Shown in pieces: positions 38,241 through 47,742 of a stretch of 64,000 bases of DNA. Position 1 is the stretch's first letter, and every line of letters starts with the position of its first letter. Origin of the DNA: Rhodospirillales bacterium (GTDB lineage Bacteria; Pseudomonadota; Alphaproteobacteria; Rhodospirillales; JAPHRK01); the NCBI GenBank assembly GCA_026196105.1, contig JAPHRK010000035.1:2341-66340 (forward strand), written 5' to 3'. The position numbers and the translations under genes are program-made. The notes beneath the pieces were generated by a model. That model was not told where the DNA came from and did not search any database. It saw only the letters and a program-made list of their open reading frames with translations.

Positions 38241-39637
38241 CCATTGCCTTTTTATTCTTTGCTCTCTTTGCCTGTATGTTCCTTGGGATGCCGATTGCGA
38301 TCGCCCTTGGATTATCAAGCATTGCAACGATTCTTACCTTTTCAGAAGACTCTCTGGCTTCTGTTGCTCTTAAATTATTTGAAGCAACTTCAGAACATTA
38401 TACCCTTCTGGCTATTCCTTTCTTTATTCTTTCTTCCGCCTTTCTTTCTACAGGAGGCGTTGCCAAGAGATTAATTCGTTTTGCAATTGCTTTTGTCGGC
38501 CATATTCGTGGTGGACTTGCCATGGCTTCAGTTTTGGCCTGTATGCTCTTTGCAGCCGTCTCTGGTTCTTCTCCGGCAACAGTGGCCGCTATTGGCTCCA
38601 TCGTGATTATCGGCATGGTTAAAGCTGGGTATCCTCAGTCCTTTGGCGCGGGTGTTATTGCCAACGCTGGAACTCTGGGCATTTTGATCCCGCCATCCAT
38701 CGTTATGCTGGTTTATGCAGCCGCAACAGAAGTTTCTGCGGCTCGTATGTTTATGGCTGGTTTTATTCCAGGCATTACCATGGGGCTGATTTTGATGGTT
38801 GCCATCTACATTATGGCGCGCATTAAAAACCTCCCTGCACAACCTTGGGCAGGTTGGGGAGAAATTATCTTCTCCGGCTTCTCAGCCCTTGGCGGTATTA
38901 TGCTGATCTTCATTGTCTTAGGGTCAATTTATGGCGGTGTTGCCAGCCCTACTGAAGCTGCTGCTGTTTCCGCTGTCTATGCTTTCGGTATTGCCACGTT
39001 AGGCTACAGGGATATGGGTCCTTTAAGCCATGTTGCCTGGAGAAATGACGGTGAAGCTATTGGCTCTGCTTTTGTGCGTAACTCAATAGCGACTATCGTA
39101 TCTCTTCCAAAGATTATAAATGACCCAGAGGTTCGCAAAGTACTAATGGATGCGGCTAAGGTCAGCATCATGTTGTTGTTCATTATTGCTAACGCCATGC
39201 TGTTTGCTCACGTTCTCACGACAGAGCGGATCCCGCACACCATTGCTGAAACAATTATAGGTTTTGGGCTTCCAGCTTGGGGGTTCTTAATTGTGGTTAA
39301 CTTGTTGCTCCTTGCAGCAGGTAACTTCATGGAGCCGTCGGCCATTATTTTGATTATGGCACCGATCTTGTTCCCCATCGCCACACAACTCGGCATTGAT
39401 CCTATTCACTTAGGCATCATCATGGTGGTGAATATGGAAATTGGTATGATAACGCCACCAGTTGGGCTCAACTTGTTCGTCACCGCAGGTATAACCGGAC
39501 GATCGCTTGGGTGGGTCATTAAGGCCGCTCTTCCTTGGTTGAGCCTCCTGCTCGGTTTCTTAATCATTGTTACCTATATCCCACAGGTCTCGTTGTTCCT
39601 ACCGGAACTGATAGATGAGATGAAGGGCTACAAATAG
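38237..39637 (+). CDS. dctM: TRAP transporter large permease
   Basis: 466-aa polytopic protein typical of the DctM family. Confidence 0.92.
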   Translation: MTIAFLFFALFACMFLGMPIAIALGLSSIATILTFSEDSLASVALKLFEATSEHYTLLAIPFFILSSAFLSTGGVAKRLIRFAIAFVGHIRGGLAMASVLACMLFAAVSGSSPATVAAIGSIVIIGMVKAGYPQSFGAGVIANAGTLGILIPPSIVMLVYAAATEVSAARMFMAGFIPGITMGLILMVAIYIMARIKNLPAQPWAGWGEIIFSGFSALGGIMLIFIVLGSIYGGVASPTEAAAVSAVYAFGIATLGYRDMGPLSHVAWRNDGEAIGSAFVRNSIATIVSLPKIINDPEVRKVLMDAAKVSIMLLFIIANAMLFAHVLTTERIPHTIAETIIGFGLPAWGFLIVVNLLLLAAGNFMEPSAIILIMAPILFPIATQLGIDPIHLGIIMVVNMEIGMITPPVGLNLFVTAGITGRSLGWVIKAALPWLSLLLGFLIIVTYIPQVSLFLPELIDEMKGYK

Positions 39638-39647
39638 AACAAAAAAA

Positions 39648-39678
39648 GGGTCGCTCTATTCGAGCGGCCCTTTTTCTT
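39648..39678 (+). terminator. rho-independent terminator after dctM
   Basis: GGGTCGCTC-tattc-GAGCGGCCC, a 9-bp stem with one G-U pair, followed by TTTTTCTT. Confidence 0.75.
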
Positions 39679-39690
39679 ACTAAACCTATT

Positions 39691-39781
39691 CGTTATGCCC
39701 GGCTTGATCAGGCATCCAGGAATATCAAATACAAACCACTGATTTTATTGGCCCCTGGATTCCTGGCTTCTCGGGAATGAC
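39691..39781. repeat. two degenerate REP-like palindromic units
   Basis: CGTTATGCCCGGCTTGATCAGGCATCCAGG and GCCCCTGGATTCCTGGCTTCTCGGGAATGAC resemble the intergenic palindromes widespread in alphaproteobacteria (the ATGCCCGG..CCGGGCAT and GGATTCCCGC..GCGGGAATGAC types). Only one copy of each occurs in this window. Confidence 0.35.
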
Positions 39782-39805
39782 AACACAAAAGGAAAATATT
39801 TTACC

Positions 39806-40711
39806 TTAACCTTTTTGTGCCATGGCGATATTCATAAACTTCATCGTCTGGCCTGAGGCATTCTCAATTGGGGCTTCACCAGCGCTGTCAGTGATACCTT
39901 CCCAATTTTCAGCAACCTTCTCTGGGCTTAGGTCATCCCCACCAAGATAAACACCTTGAGTTTCCACCATACGCGCCCGAGCAAAGACACCAGCCCCAGC
40001 ACAAAGAATTTCACCACTAGGCGCATCTTTGCTAACCATGAACAGAACCCCGGGGGTTACCAATTCAGGTTGAAGCATGGCAAGGGCCTCAGGAGGCATC
40101 AAGCCTTCGGTCATGCGGGTCGCGGCGACTGGGGCAAGACCGTTAATATGAACGTTGTTCTTAGTGCCTTCGAGCTTAAGCGTATTCATTAAGCCAACAA
40201 CGGAGCTTTTAGCAGCGCCATAATTACTTTGGCCAAAGTTACCATATATGCCTGAAGCAGAAGAAGTTACGAGGATGCGACCATAGTTTTGCTCCCGCAT
40301 GATGGGCCAAACGGCACGGGTGCAGTTGTATGTACCCATCAAGTGAACGTCCATCACAACATTGAAGTTATGGGTTTCCATTTTAGAAAAGGTTTTATCC
40401 CGCAAGATACCCGCATTGTTGATTAACACATCAATTCGGCCCCACTTATCCATCACTGTCTGAACCATGGCATTAACGCCAGCTTCGTCCGTAATGTTGG
40501 TGGTATCCGCCATGGCAACACCGCCAGCAGCTTCAATCTCAGCAACGACGTCTTGAGCGGCGGAACCTGAACCGGAGCCATCAACACTACCGCCAAGGTC
40601 GTTCACAACAACCTTGGCGCCACGCGCGGCAAGTTCCAAGGCATGGCTCCGACCAAGACCACCTCCAGCCCCAGTAACGATAGCTACTTGATCATCAAAA
40701 CGAATGGACAT
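39806..40711 (-). CDS. SDR family oxidoreductase (MFE-2 / 3-hydroxyacyl-CoA dehydrogenase-like)
   Basis: VTGAGGGLGRSHALELAARGAKVVVNDLGG and YGAAK motifs. The 301-aa length is typical of this SDR subgroup. Confidence 0.86.
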   Translation of the reverse strand: MSIRFDDQVAIVTGAGGGLGRSHALELAARGAKVVVNDLGGSVDGSGSGSAAQDVVAEIEAAGGVAMADTTNITDEAGVNAMVQTVMDKWGRIDVLINNAGILRDKTFSKMETHNFNVVMDVHLMGTYNCTRAVWPIMREQNYGRILVTSSASGIYGNFGQSNYGAAKSSVVGLMNTLKLEGTKNNVHINGLAPVAATRMTEGLMPPEALAMLQPELVTPGVLFMVSKDAPSGEILCAGAGVFARARMVETQGVYLGGDDLSPEKVAENWEGITDSAGEAPIENASGQTMKFMNIAMAQKG

Positions 40712-40865
40712 CCCTATTTCCTCCTAGAAATTTAAAAATTCTAACATTGAGTCAAAAAAAGTTGGGGAGTGCATAGCCCATTTTTTCTATGGTGCCAATA
40801 AGGACAACGCACAAATGCAACAATATTTTAAGCAAATTGATTTAATGCCTGCGTTACCCGAGGTC

Positions 40866-40894
40866 TCCCATTAGAAAAAATCTTTCTAATGGGA
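40866..40894 (-). other. perfect 12-bp inverted repeat spanning the usp stop codon
   Basis: TCCCATTAGAAA-aaatc-TTTCTAATGGGA. No U-tract follows on the minus strand, so it may be an mRNA-stabilising or weak terminator hairpin. Confidence 0.4.
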
Positions 40895-41764
40895 CATTAA
40901 TACAGGAATAGTCGCTGCCGATAAGACATGGCTTGTGACACCACCGAGGATAAATTGGCGGACTCGGCTATGGGTATATGCGCCCATAACCAGCATATCA
41001 GCACCAACCTTACCACACTCAAGCAACATAGCCTCACCCACACCATGACCAGCAGGAGAGAAGTAAACCGGATCGGCATTCACCCCATGCCAAGCGAGAT
41101 AAACAGCCAGATCGTCAGCAGTTTCGCGAGCTGTTTTATCGGTTTCAGCCGTCACAATGGAAACTTTATCAGCAGCAACGAGGAAAGGTAGCCCCATGCG
41201 AACCGCTCTCGAAGCTTCCGCACTACCATTCCAGGCAATTGCCACTTGTTTGCCAAATGAATCAGCGATTTTGGGCGGTGTAACGAGAACAGGGTGACCT
41301 GTTTCAAAGAGGGCAGCGTTAAGGGTTGCCATTGAAGGGTACTCACTCCCCTCAATTGGGCGGCCACAGACCACAACATCATTAAGGCGGCCATGACGGG
41401 CAATAGATTCTTCTTCCCGTCCTGTTTCCTCAACCCAGCAGCAGGACAATTCATTACCAGCAGAACTTGGGTCTGGTTTAGAATCATTAGGTGAAACACC
41501 AAAGGCCTTACAAATTTCTTCAAATGCAGTTTTAGAGTCACCTGAACGTTGATCATTTTCCCGTTCTGCAAGATTGATCATTTCCTCAATCATCGCCCCG
41601 GACATCCCCTCTCCCAGAAGAGGGACAGCAGCTTTGGGGTCAGGTCGAATATGAAGGACTTCAACATGAGCATGAAAGTACCGGCCAAGGATAAAGGCTG
41701 CTTCAAGCGAAGGCATAATATGTGTGCCACTATCTATAGGAACAAGAATGGTTTTGATGGCCAT
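40886..41764 (-). CDS. tandem-domain universal stress protein (UspA family)
   Basis: 292 aa made of two Usp-like halves. The C-terminal half carries LVMGAYTHSRVRQFILGGVTSHVL, an ATP-binding G-x2-G-x9-G(S/T)-type motif. Confidence 0.85.
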   Translation of the reverse strand: MAIKTILVPIDSGTHIMPSLEAAFILGRYFHAHVEVLHIRPDPKAAVPLLGEGMSGAMIEEMINLAERENDQRSGDSKTAFEEICKAFGVSPNDSKPDPSSAGNELSCCWVEETGREEESIARHGRLNDVVVCGRPIEGSEYPSMATLNAALFETGHPVLVTPPKIADSFGKQVAIAWNGSAEASRAVRMGLPFLVAADKVSIVTAETDKTARETADDLAVYLAWHGVNADPVYFSPAGHGVGEAMLLECGKVGADMLVMGAYTHSRVRQFILGGVTSHVLSAATIPVLMSH

Positions 41765-41887
41765 AACGATACCCCTTTTTCCTGCTAGTTGATTAATCGA
41801 TGATACTCTGAAAAATCAAAAAAAATCAATGACTTTGGTTATATAATAAAGCTAACGCCTAGTGGCTTATTCCTTACTTGATCGTCA

Positions 41888-41901
41888 TAAAAAAACACTA
41901 A
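41888..41901. promoter_or_regulatory. FNR-type box candidate upstream of usp
   Basis: TTGATcgtcATAAA is a 9/10 match to TTGAT-N4-ATCAA. It lies about 125-135 bp upstream of the usp start and within a divergent intergenic region. Confidence 0.4.
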
Positions 41902-42078
41902 GATTATTTTATTTATTTCTCAGTGCTCTCAACAAAAACCATAATACGCCCTATATGAGCAGGATAGTTGTTTCTGCTTTTAGCCATGTGCAGTCATTCT
42001 CATTGTCAAACGGTTGTTGAGAAAATACTATAGTAGCGATCAGACAAACTCGTTGTCATCCTCGTGGATTTGAAAAAC

Positions 42079-42981
42079 ATGAGAAAAAATTGTCGAATTC
42101 GATTATTAAAGGTCACGGTTTTCGCTCTATTGATGCCTCTGTCCTTCTCTAGCTTTGCCGATGATAGTGAAAAGCACATCGGCCACGGTGTTGAAACACT
42201 CCCTCTGTTCGATGCTCACGTCCATTACAAAGAACCTGCCTGGGAACCATATCCCCCTGCTACTGTTGTGGAATTGATGGACAAATCCGGTGTTGCCATG
42301 GCGTTGGTGTCATCGACTCCAGACGAAGGCACTATCAAACTATGGGAATATGCGCCAAACCGTATAGTTCCAGAACTTCGCCCTTACCATGGTCAGGTCG
42401 GGTCGTCTAACTGGACCAAGGCCCCGGATATGTTCGACTATTTGGTAAAACGGTTGAATGCTTATCCCCATGAAGGTATTGGCGAATTTCACTTGCATAA
42501 CATCGATTACGCCGATGAACCTTTGTTGCGAAAAATAGCTGAATTGGCTAAATCAAAAGACATTTACATTCATGTCCACTCAGGGAAAGAACCTGTAGAT
42601 TTCCTTTTTTCACTTGAGCCAAAGCTCAAAATCATTTGGGCACACGCAGGTATGTCCGAGCCTGCCCAAACGGTTGAAGAAATGATGGCGACTTACAAGA
42701 CACTTTACGCAGACACATCTTTTCGCGAAGGGGATATTTTAACCCCACAAGGCACCATTGATCCTACTTGGCGCCGGGTTCTCGAACGCTTCCCAAACCG
42801 CTTCATGATTGGGTCCGATACTTGGGTCAATGAACAATGGTCCATTTACGAGCAGATAATAGCGGTGAACCGGAAATGGCTTAGCCAATTTTCTCGCCCT
42901 ATTGCAGAAAAAATTGCCTTTAAAAATGCAGAACGGTTATTTGGCCGAAAAGTAGAAAACCATCTGATCGGCAAACGGTAA
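42079..42981 (+). CDS. exported amidohydrolase-family (TIM-barrel metal-dependent hydrolase) protein
   Basis: ATG 42079 gives the signal-like N-terminus MRKNCRIRLLKVTVFALLMPLSFSSFA. A FDAHVHY HxH metal motif and a later WAHAG motif are present. Confidence 0.72.
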   Translation: MRKNCRIRLLKVTVFALLMPLSFSSFADDSEKHIGHGVETLPLFDAHVHYKEPAWEPYPPATVVELMDKSGVAMALVSSTPDEGTIKLWEYAPNRIVPELRPYHGQVGSSNWTKAPDMFDYLVKRLNAYPHEGIGEFHLHNIDYADEPLLRKIAELAKSKDIYIHVHSGKEPVDFLFSLEPKLKIIWAHAGMSEPAQTVEEMMATYKTLYADTSFREGDILTPQGTIDPTWRRVLERFPNRFMIGSDTWVNEQWSIYEQIIAVNRKWLSQFSRPIAEKIAFKNAERLFGRKVENHLIGKR

Positions 42982-43010
42982 TGAAATTAGCTGATCTACC
43001 ATCTATCAGA

Positions 43011-44516
43011 TTAAGTTTCAGCTAATTCAGCTAAAGCCATTCTCACTGTTTTAGCCTTCTCCCCTGAGCTATCAACCACCGACCAAGTTATCTCGCCAAG
43101 GTCATAATTAAGTTGTTGCTGAAGCACTCCAACGGTTGCATCAGAAACATTCCCTTTCCGTTTTGCCACCCTATTTGCCATAATTTCAGGGGATGCACTC
43201 ACCCATAAACCACTAAAAGGAACTCCAACTTCTTGAGCCACGGCTTGAATAGCTTTTCGCTCTTCTTCCTGAGCAAAAACCGCATCGGCAATAACGGTTT
43301 GTCCAGCCTGTAAAGCCTTTCGCGCATCTTCATAGAGAGCATTGTATGTCTCTTTGCTCTTCTTTTTGGTATAGCCTTCAGGCCCTAATCGCTCCAGCAT
43401 ACCAACACCAGAGAGCCTTTTGCGTATGGCATCCGTTCGTAAAACTAAAGCTCCAGGCACACTTTGGACTTCAGGGGCGATTTTGCGCGCTAGTCGAGAT
43501 TTTCCGCTACCAGATAGCCCTCCTACTGAAATCAGGCGAGGGGTATGTGGCTCAAGATACATCAGGGCATTATCTAAATAATCGCGAGGCTCAACGCCAT
43601 CACCGCCTTTTGCTTTTAAAGCCGCAGCCCCAACATGAGCGCGGATCGATGCCCTCATAGAAAGCATTAGAGGAAGAGCCGCCAAACCAGAGACATCCCC
43701 GGTTATATCCATATAACGATTGAAGATTATACTGGCTTCCCGTTTTAAATCACGTTTGTCTAAGTCCATAAGGAGGAAAGCGAGATCATAGAGAACATCA
43801 ATGCAGGAAATGTGATCATTGAATTCAATAGCATCGAAGAGTGTCGGTATGCCATTAAGGAGAAAGATGTTACGTAAATGCATATCCCCATGACATTGGC
43901 GAACGAACCCGTCCTCCTGCCGCTTCTCCAGAACTGGTTTCACCTGTTTAACTTTCACCAGTGATTGGCTGTTTAGCTTTTCAATCTTCTCAAAATCAAA
44001 CACCCCTTCCCCAAAGCGTTGGTAACACTCAGCGTTGTTATTGATGATGTAGGAAAGACCGTTATAGCCTCCTTTATCGAGTTTCTTTTTTGCCCCTTGG
44101 TGAAAGATAGCTATTTGCTCGGCTAAGGCTTCTAAGGTTCCTCGGTCTAAAGATTTCGTGGTAACAACTTCACTCAGGAGTTGGGAGTCATCAAACCGCA
44201 CCATCTCGACCACCCAGTCAATCAACTCACCTTTTCCATCAGATAAGGAAAGGGAACCGTCTTTTTTTTCAACAATAGCTTTAGTACCAAGATAAATGGT
44301 CGGCGCAGTTCGCTTGTTGAGTTCAACCTCCTTCTCACAAGCCTTTTTGCGCTTCTTCAGGGTAGAATAGTCTAAGTAGGGGTAACAAACAGGTTTCTTG
44401 CGTTTATATGCCCGTGTAGCTGTGAGATAGACCTTTGAAACATGAGTTTCGATGAGCCGGACAGACCCATCTTCTTCCATTCCCAGGAAAAATTCATCTA
44501 TCCGGCTATCAGTCAT
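43011..44516 (-). CDS. fusion of an aminoglycoside-phosphotransferase-like kinase domain and a P-loop (AAA_33-like) kinase domain
   Basis: CHGDMHLRNIFL and IDVLYDLAFL (APH/choline-kinase-like catalytic loop) in the N-terminal 330 aa, and GGLSGSGKS Walker A in the C-terminal 170 aa. The start lies 2 nt after the RND gene stop. Confidence 0.78.
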   Translation of the reverse strand: MTDSRIDEFFLGMEEDGSVRLIETHVSKVYLTATRAYKRKKPVCYPYLDYSTLKKRKKACEKEVELNKRTAPTIYLGTKAIVEKKDGSLSLSDGKGELIDWVVEMVRFDDSQLLSEVVTTKSLDRGTLEALAEQIAIFHQGAKKKLDKGGYNGLSYIINNNAECYQRFGEGVFDFEKIEKLNSQSLVKVKQVKPVLEKRQEDGFVRQCHGDMHLRNIFLLNGIPTLFDAIEFNDHISCIDVLYDLAFLLMDLDKRDLKREASIIFNRYMDITGDVSGLAALPLMLSMRASIRAHVGAAALKAKGGDGVEPRDYLDNALMYLEPHTPRLISVGGLSGSGKSRLARKIAPEVQSVPGALVLRTDAIRKRLSGVGMLERLGPEGYTKKKSKETYNALYEDARKALQAGQTVIADAVFAQEEERKAIQAVAQEVGVPFSGLWVSASPEIMANRVAKRKGNVSDATVGVLQQQLNYDLGEITWSVVDSSGEKAKTVRMALAELAET

Positions 44517-44518
44517 GG

Positions 44519-47500
44519 TTACTCCTGTTCGAGTTCAACTCCATCATCACGCAGGATAATATAAATGGCAGGAATTACCAGAACCGTTAAGGCGGTTGAT
44601 GAAGCCAAACCAAAGACCAGAGAAATAGCCAAACCCTGGAAAATCGGATCAGACAGAATGAACAGCCCACCGATCATCGCAGCAACTGCCGTCAGGAAGA
44701 TGGGCTTAAACCTAATCGCCCCAGCTTCTAACAGAATTTCCCGTATCGGAAGTCCGCTACCTTGACGATGACGAATAAAATCGACCAGCAGAATGGAGTT
44801 CCGCACAATAATCCCAGCAAGAGCAATGAATCCAATCATTGAGGTCGCTGTAAAAGGCGCATTGAAGGCCCAATGGCCGAGCATAATACCAACCAAGGTA
44901 AGCGGTACTGGGGTCAGAATAACTAGGGGTAATTTGAAACTGCCAAACTGACCGACCACCAACAGATAAATACCAAGGATCGCCACAGCAAAGGCAGCGC
45001 CCATATCCCTAAATGTCACGAAGGTAACTTCCCATTCCCCATCCCACAGCATAGAAACCTTGGACTCATCCTTGGGTTGTCCATGATAGAGAACCGCAGG
45101 CTTGTTGCCTTGCCAGTCCATTTCATCAATGGCCTTCTCAACGGCAAGCATACCGTAGATAGGCGCTTCAAAACTTCCCGCCAGTTCTGCTGATACCATT
45201 TCCGCATATCGCCCATCACGGCGAAATAGTGGGAAGCTGGCTTTTTCGGTTGTTATTTGAACAATGTCACCCAACTCAACCACACCATTTTTTGAAGGCA
45301 CAGGGGTTGAAAGTAGGGCTTCATTCATCGTGAGGGATGATTTAGGCAAGCGCACATTTATCGCGACAGGCTCAGCCCCCTGCCCTCGATGTGAATAGCC
45401 AACAGGAACACCACCAAGCAAAGCACCGAGCGTGTCATAAACTGCCTGTTCTTCTACACCGTGGAACTCCAGGTTCTCTTGATCAATTTGGATGCGCATT
45501 CTTTCTTGAGGTGCTCCAAAGGAGTCATCCACATCGACAATGAAGTCGATTTTCTCAAAAATAGTGCGAAGCTTAGCTGCGGACTCCCGGCGACTTTGAG
45601 CATCTGGACCATAGACTTCAGCAAGCAAGGTTGAAAGAACGGGTGGCCCTGGAGGGACCTCAACCACTTTTACTGAACTTCCTAGAGGCAATTCCAATCC
45701 CTGAAGGCGTTCTCGAACTTCCAGTGCAATCTCATGGCTTTCCCGTTCCCGGTCATGTTTTGACCGCAGGTTAACTTGCAAATCGCCTAACTCTGCTTTG
45801 TCGCGCAAATAATAATGCCGTACCAAGCCATTGAAGTTAAAGGGCATAGAGGTGCCCACATAGGCCTGCATATGGCTCAATTCGGGCAAATCAGAGATTT
45901 CCGCGGCAACCTGCTTAAGAGCCCGTTCTGTGGCTTCTAAGCTCGAACCTTCAGGTAAATCCACGACGACTTGCAGTTCAGATTTATTGTCAAAAGGCAG
46001 CAATTTGACAGTGACATCTCTAGTATAGAACAAAGCAGTGGAGGCAAATGTTGCAGCAAGAACTACGACTAAGAAAACTTTTGATCGGGTCCGCCCTTGT
46101 AAAAGAGGACGAGCAATTTTTAGGTAAAATTCACCCATTTTCCCAGCTTCGTGTCCATCTTCACCAGCAAAATCAACTTGGTTATCGTCGTATTTACCGC
46201 CAGCAATTTTAAGCAACATCCAAGGCGTTACAATTACCGCAACAAAGAATGAGAAAAGCATGGCAGCAGAAGCATTGGCGGGGATGGGGCTCATATAAGG
46301 CCCCATAAGACCCGAGACGAACATCATTGGAAGCAGGGCTGCAACGATGGTCAATGTGGCAATAATTGTTGGATTACCAACTTCAGCGACACCATCGATC
46401 GCACCTTGAAGGGCGGACCGACCATCACGCATACGCCAATGACGTACGATATTTTCAACCACGACAATGGCGTCATCAACCATAATACCGATAGAAAAAA
46501 TCAAGGCAAAAAGGCTGACACGGTTAATGGTATAGCCCATCAGCCAGGAGGCAAAGAGGGTGAGGAGAATAGTGGTCGGCACCACAACAGCAACCACCGC
46601 CCCTTCCCGCCAACCAAGAGCGAGGGTTACCAGGATAACGATGGAGACAGTTGCCAGGGCTAGATGGAACAACAACTCATCAGCTTTCTCTAGGGCTGTT
46701 TCTCCATAATTTCGCGTGACAGTTACTTCAACGCTGTCAGGGATCAAGTTCCCTTTCAAATTAGCCAACCGCGCAAGCAAATCTTCGGCAACAATCACCG
46801 CATTGGCCCCTTGGCGCTTAGCAAAAGCGACGGTTACGGCGGGAGACGTCGTGAGAGTCTTCTCCCCTTTCTTAGGTACCATATGCCAAACGCGACTTTC
46901 CTGGGGTTTGGCCCCAAAGACAACCTTAGCAACATCTTTAACATAGACTGGACGTCCGTCACTGGTGGTGATCAGCAACTGACCGATTTCGGAAACCCCT
47001 TCCAAGGTTTGTCCGGCAACCACAGAAATAGATTTGTTGCCATGACGCAGCTTACCCGCTTCGAATGACCGATTAGCATTTTCGATTTTTGAAACCAGTT
47101 GATTAAGGGTAACACCGTAAAGAGAAAGGTTCTCCAGGTTAGGTTCAATACCAATCTGTGTTGGCGCACCACCTACCATGTAGCTCAAACCAACCTGATC
47201 AACTTTAACCAACTCATGCTGGAGTTCTTCCGCCAACAGATAAAGGCTATTGTGGGTCCAATGAGCTGCCTTGGAATCTTTTGGTGCTAATGTAAGGGTA
47301 ACAATGGCGACATCATTGATGCCTTTGCCAATAATCACAGGCTCAGGAATACCCTTAGGGAGACGAGTGATATTGGCGCGGATTTTTTCATGCACCCGAA
47401 CAATAGCAATGTCTTCGTCTGTTCCCACATCAAAACGGGCAGTGACCATCACCCGGTCATCTTCGGTTTGAGAATAAATATGCTCAACACCACTAATACC

Positions 47501-47731
47501 TTTGATAATATCCTCTAGAGGTTCTGTTACCAATTCCATTGCATCATCAGCTTTAAGGCCATTAGCGGAAATAAGGATATCCACCATAGGGACACTGATT
47601 TGTGGCTCTTCTTCACGGGGGAGAGACATAAGGGCGACACTACCAACAACCAACGAAGCTAAAAGCATCAATGGAGTTAAGGGGGAGCGGATAAAGGCTT
47701 TGGTTATGGCCCCTGAAATTCCTAATTTCAT
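44519..47731 (-). CDS. RND efflux transporter permease
   Basis: 1070 aa with a 12-TM AcrB-like organisation and two large periplasmic loops. Confidence 0.93.
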   Translation of the reverse strand: MKLGISGAITKAFIRSPLTPLMLLASLVVGSVALMSLPREEEPQISVPMVDILISANGLKADDAMELVTEPLEDIIKGISGVEHIYSQTEDDRVMVTARFDVGTDEDIAIVRVHEKIRANITRLPKGIPEPVIIGKGINDVAIVTLTLAPKDSKAAHWTHNSLYLLAEELQHELVKVDQVGLSYMVGGAPTQIGIEPNLENLSLYGVTLNQLVSKIENANRSFEAGKLRHGNKSISVVAGQTLEGVSEIGQLLITTSDGRPVYVKDVAKVVFGAKPQESRVWHMVPKKGEKTLTTSPAVTVAFAKRQGANAVIVAEDLLARLANLKGNLIPDSVEVTVTRNYGETALEKADELLFHLALATVSIVILVTLALGWREGAVVAVVVPTTILLTLFASWLMGYTINRVSLFALIFSIGIMVDDAIVVVENIVRHWRMRDGRSALQGAIDGVAEVGNPTIIATLTIVAALLPMMFVSGLMGPYMSPIPANASAAMLFSFFVAVIVTPWMLLKIAGGKYDDNQVDFAGEDGHEAGKMGEFYLKIARPLLQGRTRSKVFLVVVLAATFASTALFYTRDVTVKLLPFDNKSELQVVVDLPEGSSLEATERALKQVAAEISDLPELSHMQAYVGTSMPFNFNGLVRHYYLRDKAELGDLQVNLRSKHDRERESHEIALEVRERLQGLELPLGSSVKVVEVPPGPPVLSTLLAEVYGPDAQSRRESAAKLRTIFEKIDFIVDVDDSFGAPQERMRIQIDQENLEFHGVEEQAVYDTLGALLGGVPVGYSHRGQGAEPVAINVRLPKSSLTMNEALLSTPVPSKNGVVELGDIVQITTEKASFPLFRRDGRYAEMVSAELAGSFEAPIYGMLAVEKAIDEMDWQGNKPAVLYHGQPKDESKVSMLWDGEWEVTFVTFRDMGAAFAVAILGIYLLVVGQFGSFKLPLVILTPVPLTLVGIMLGHWAFNAPFTATSMIGFIALAGIIVRNSILLVDFIRHRQGSGLPIREILLEAGAIRFKPIFLTAVAAMIGGLFILSDPIFQGLAISLVFGLASSTALTVLVIPAIYIILRDDGVELEQE

Positions 47732-47742
47732 TTCCTGATCTC

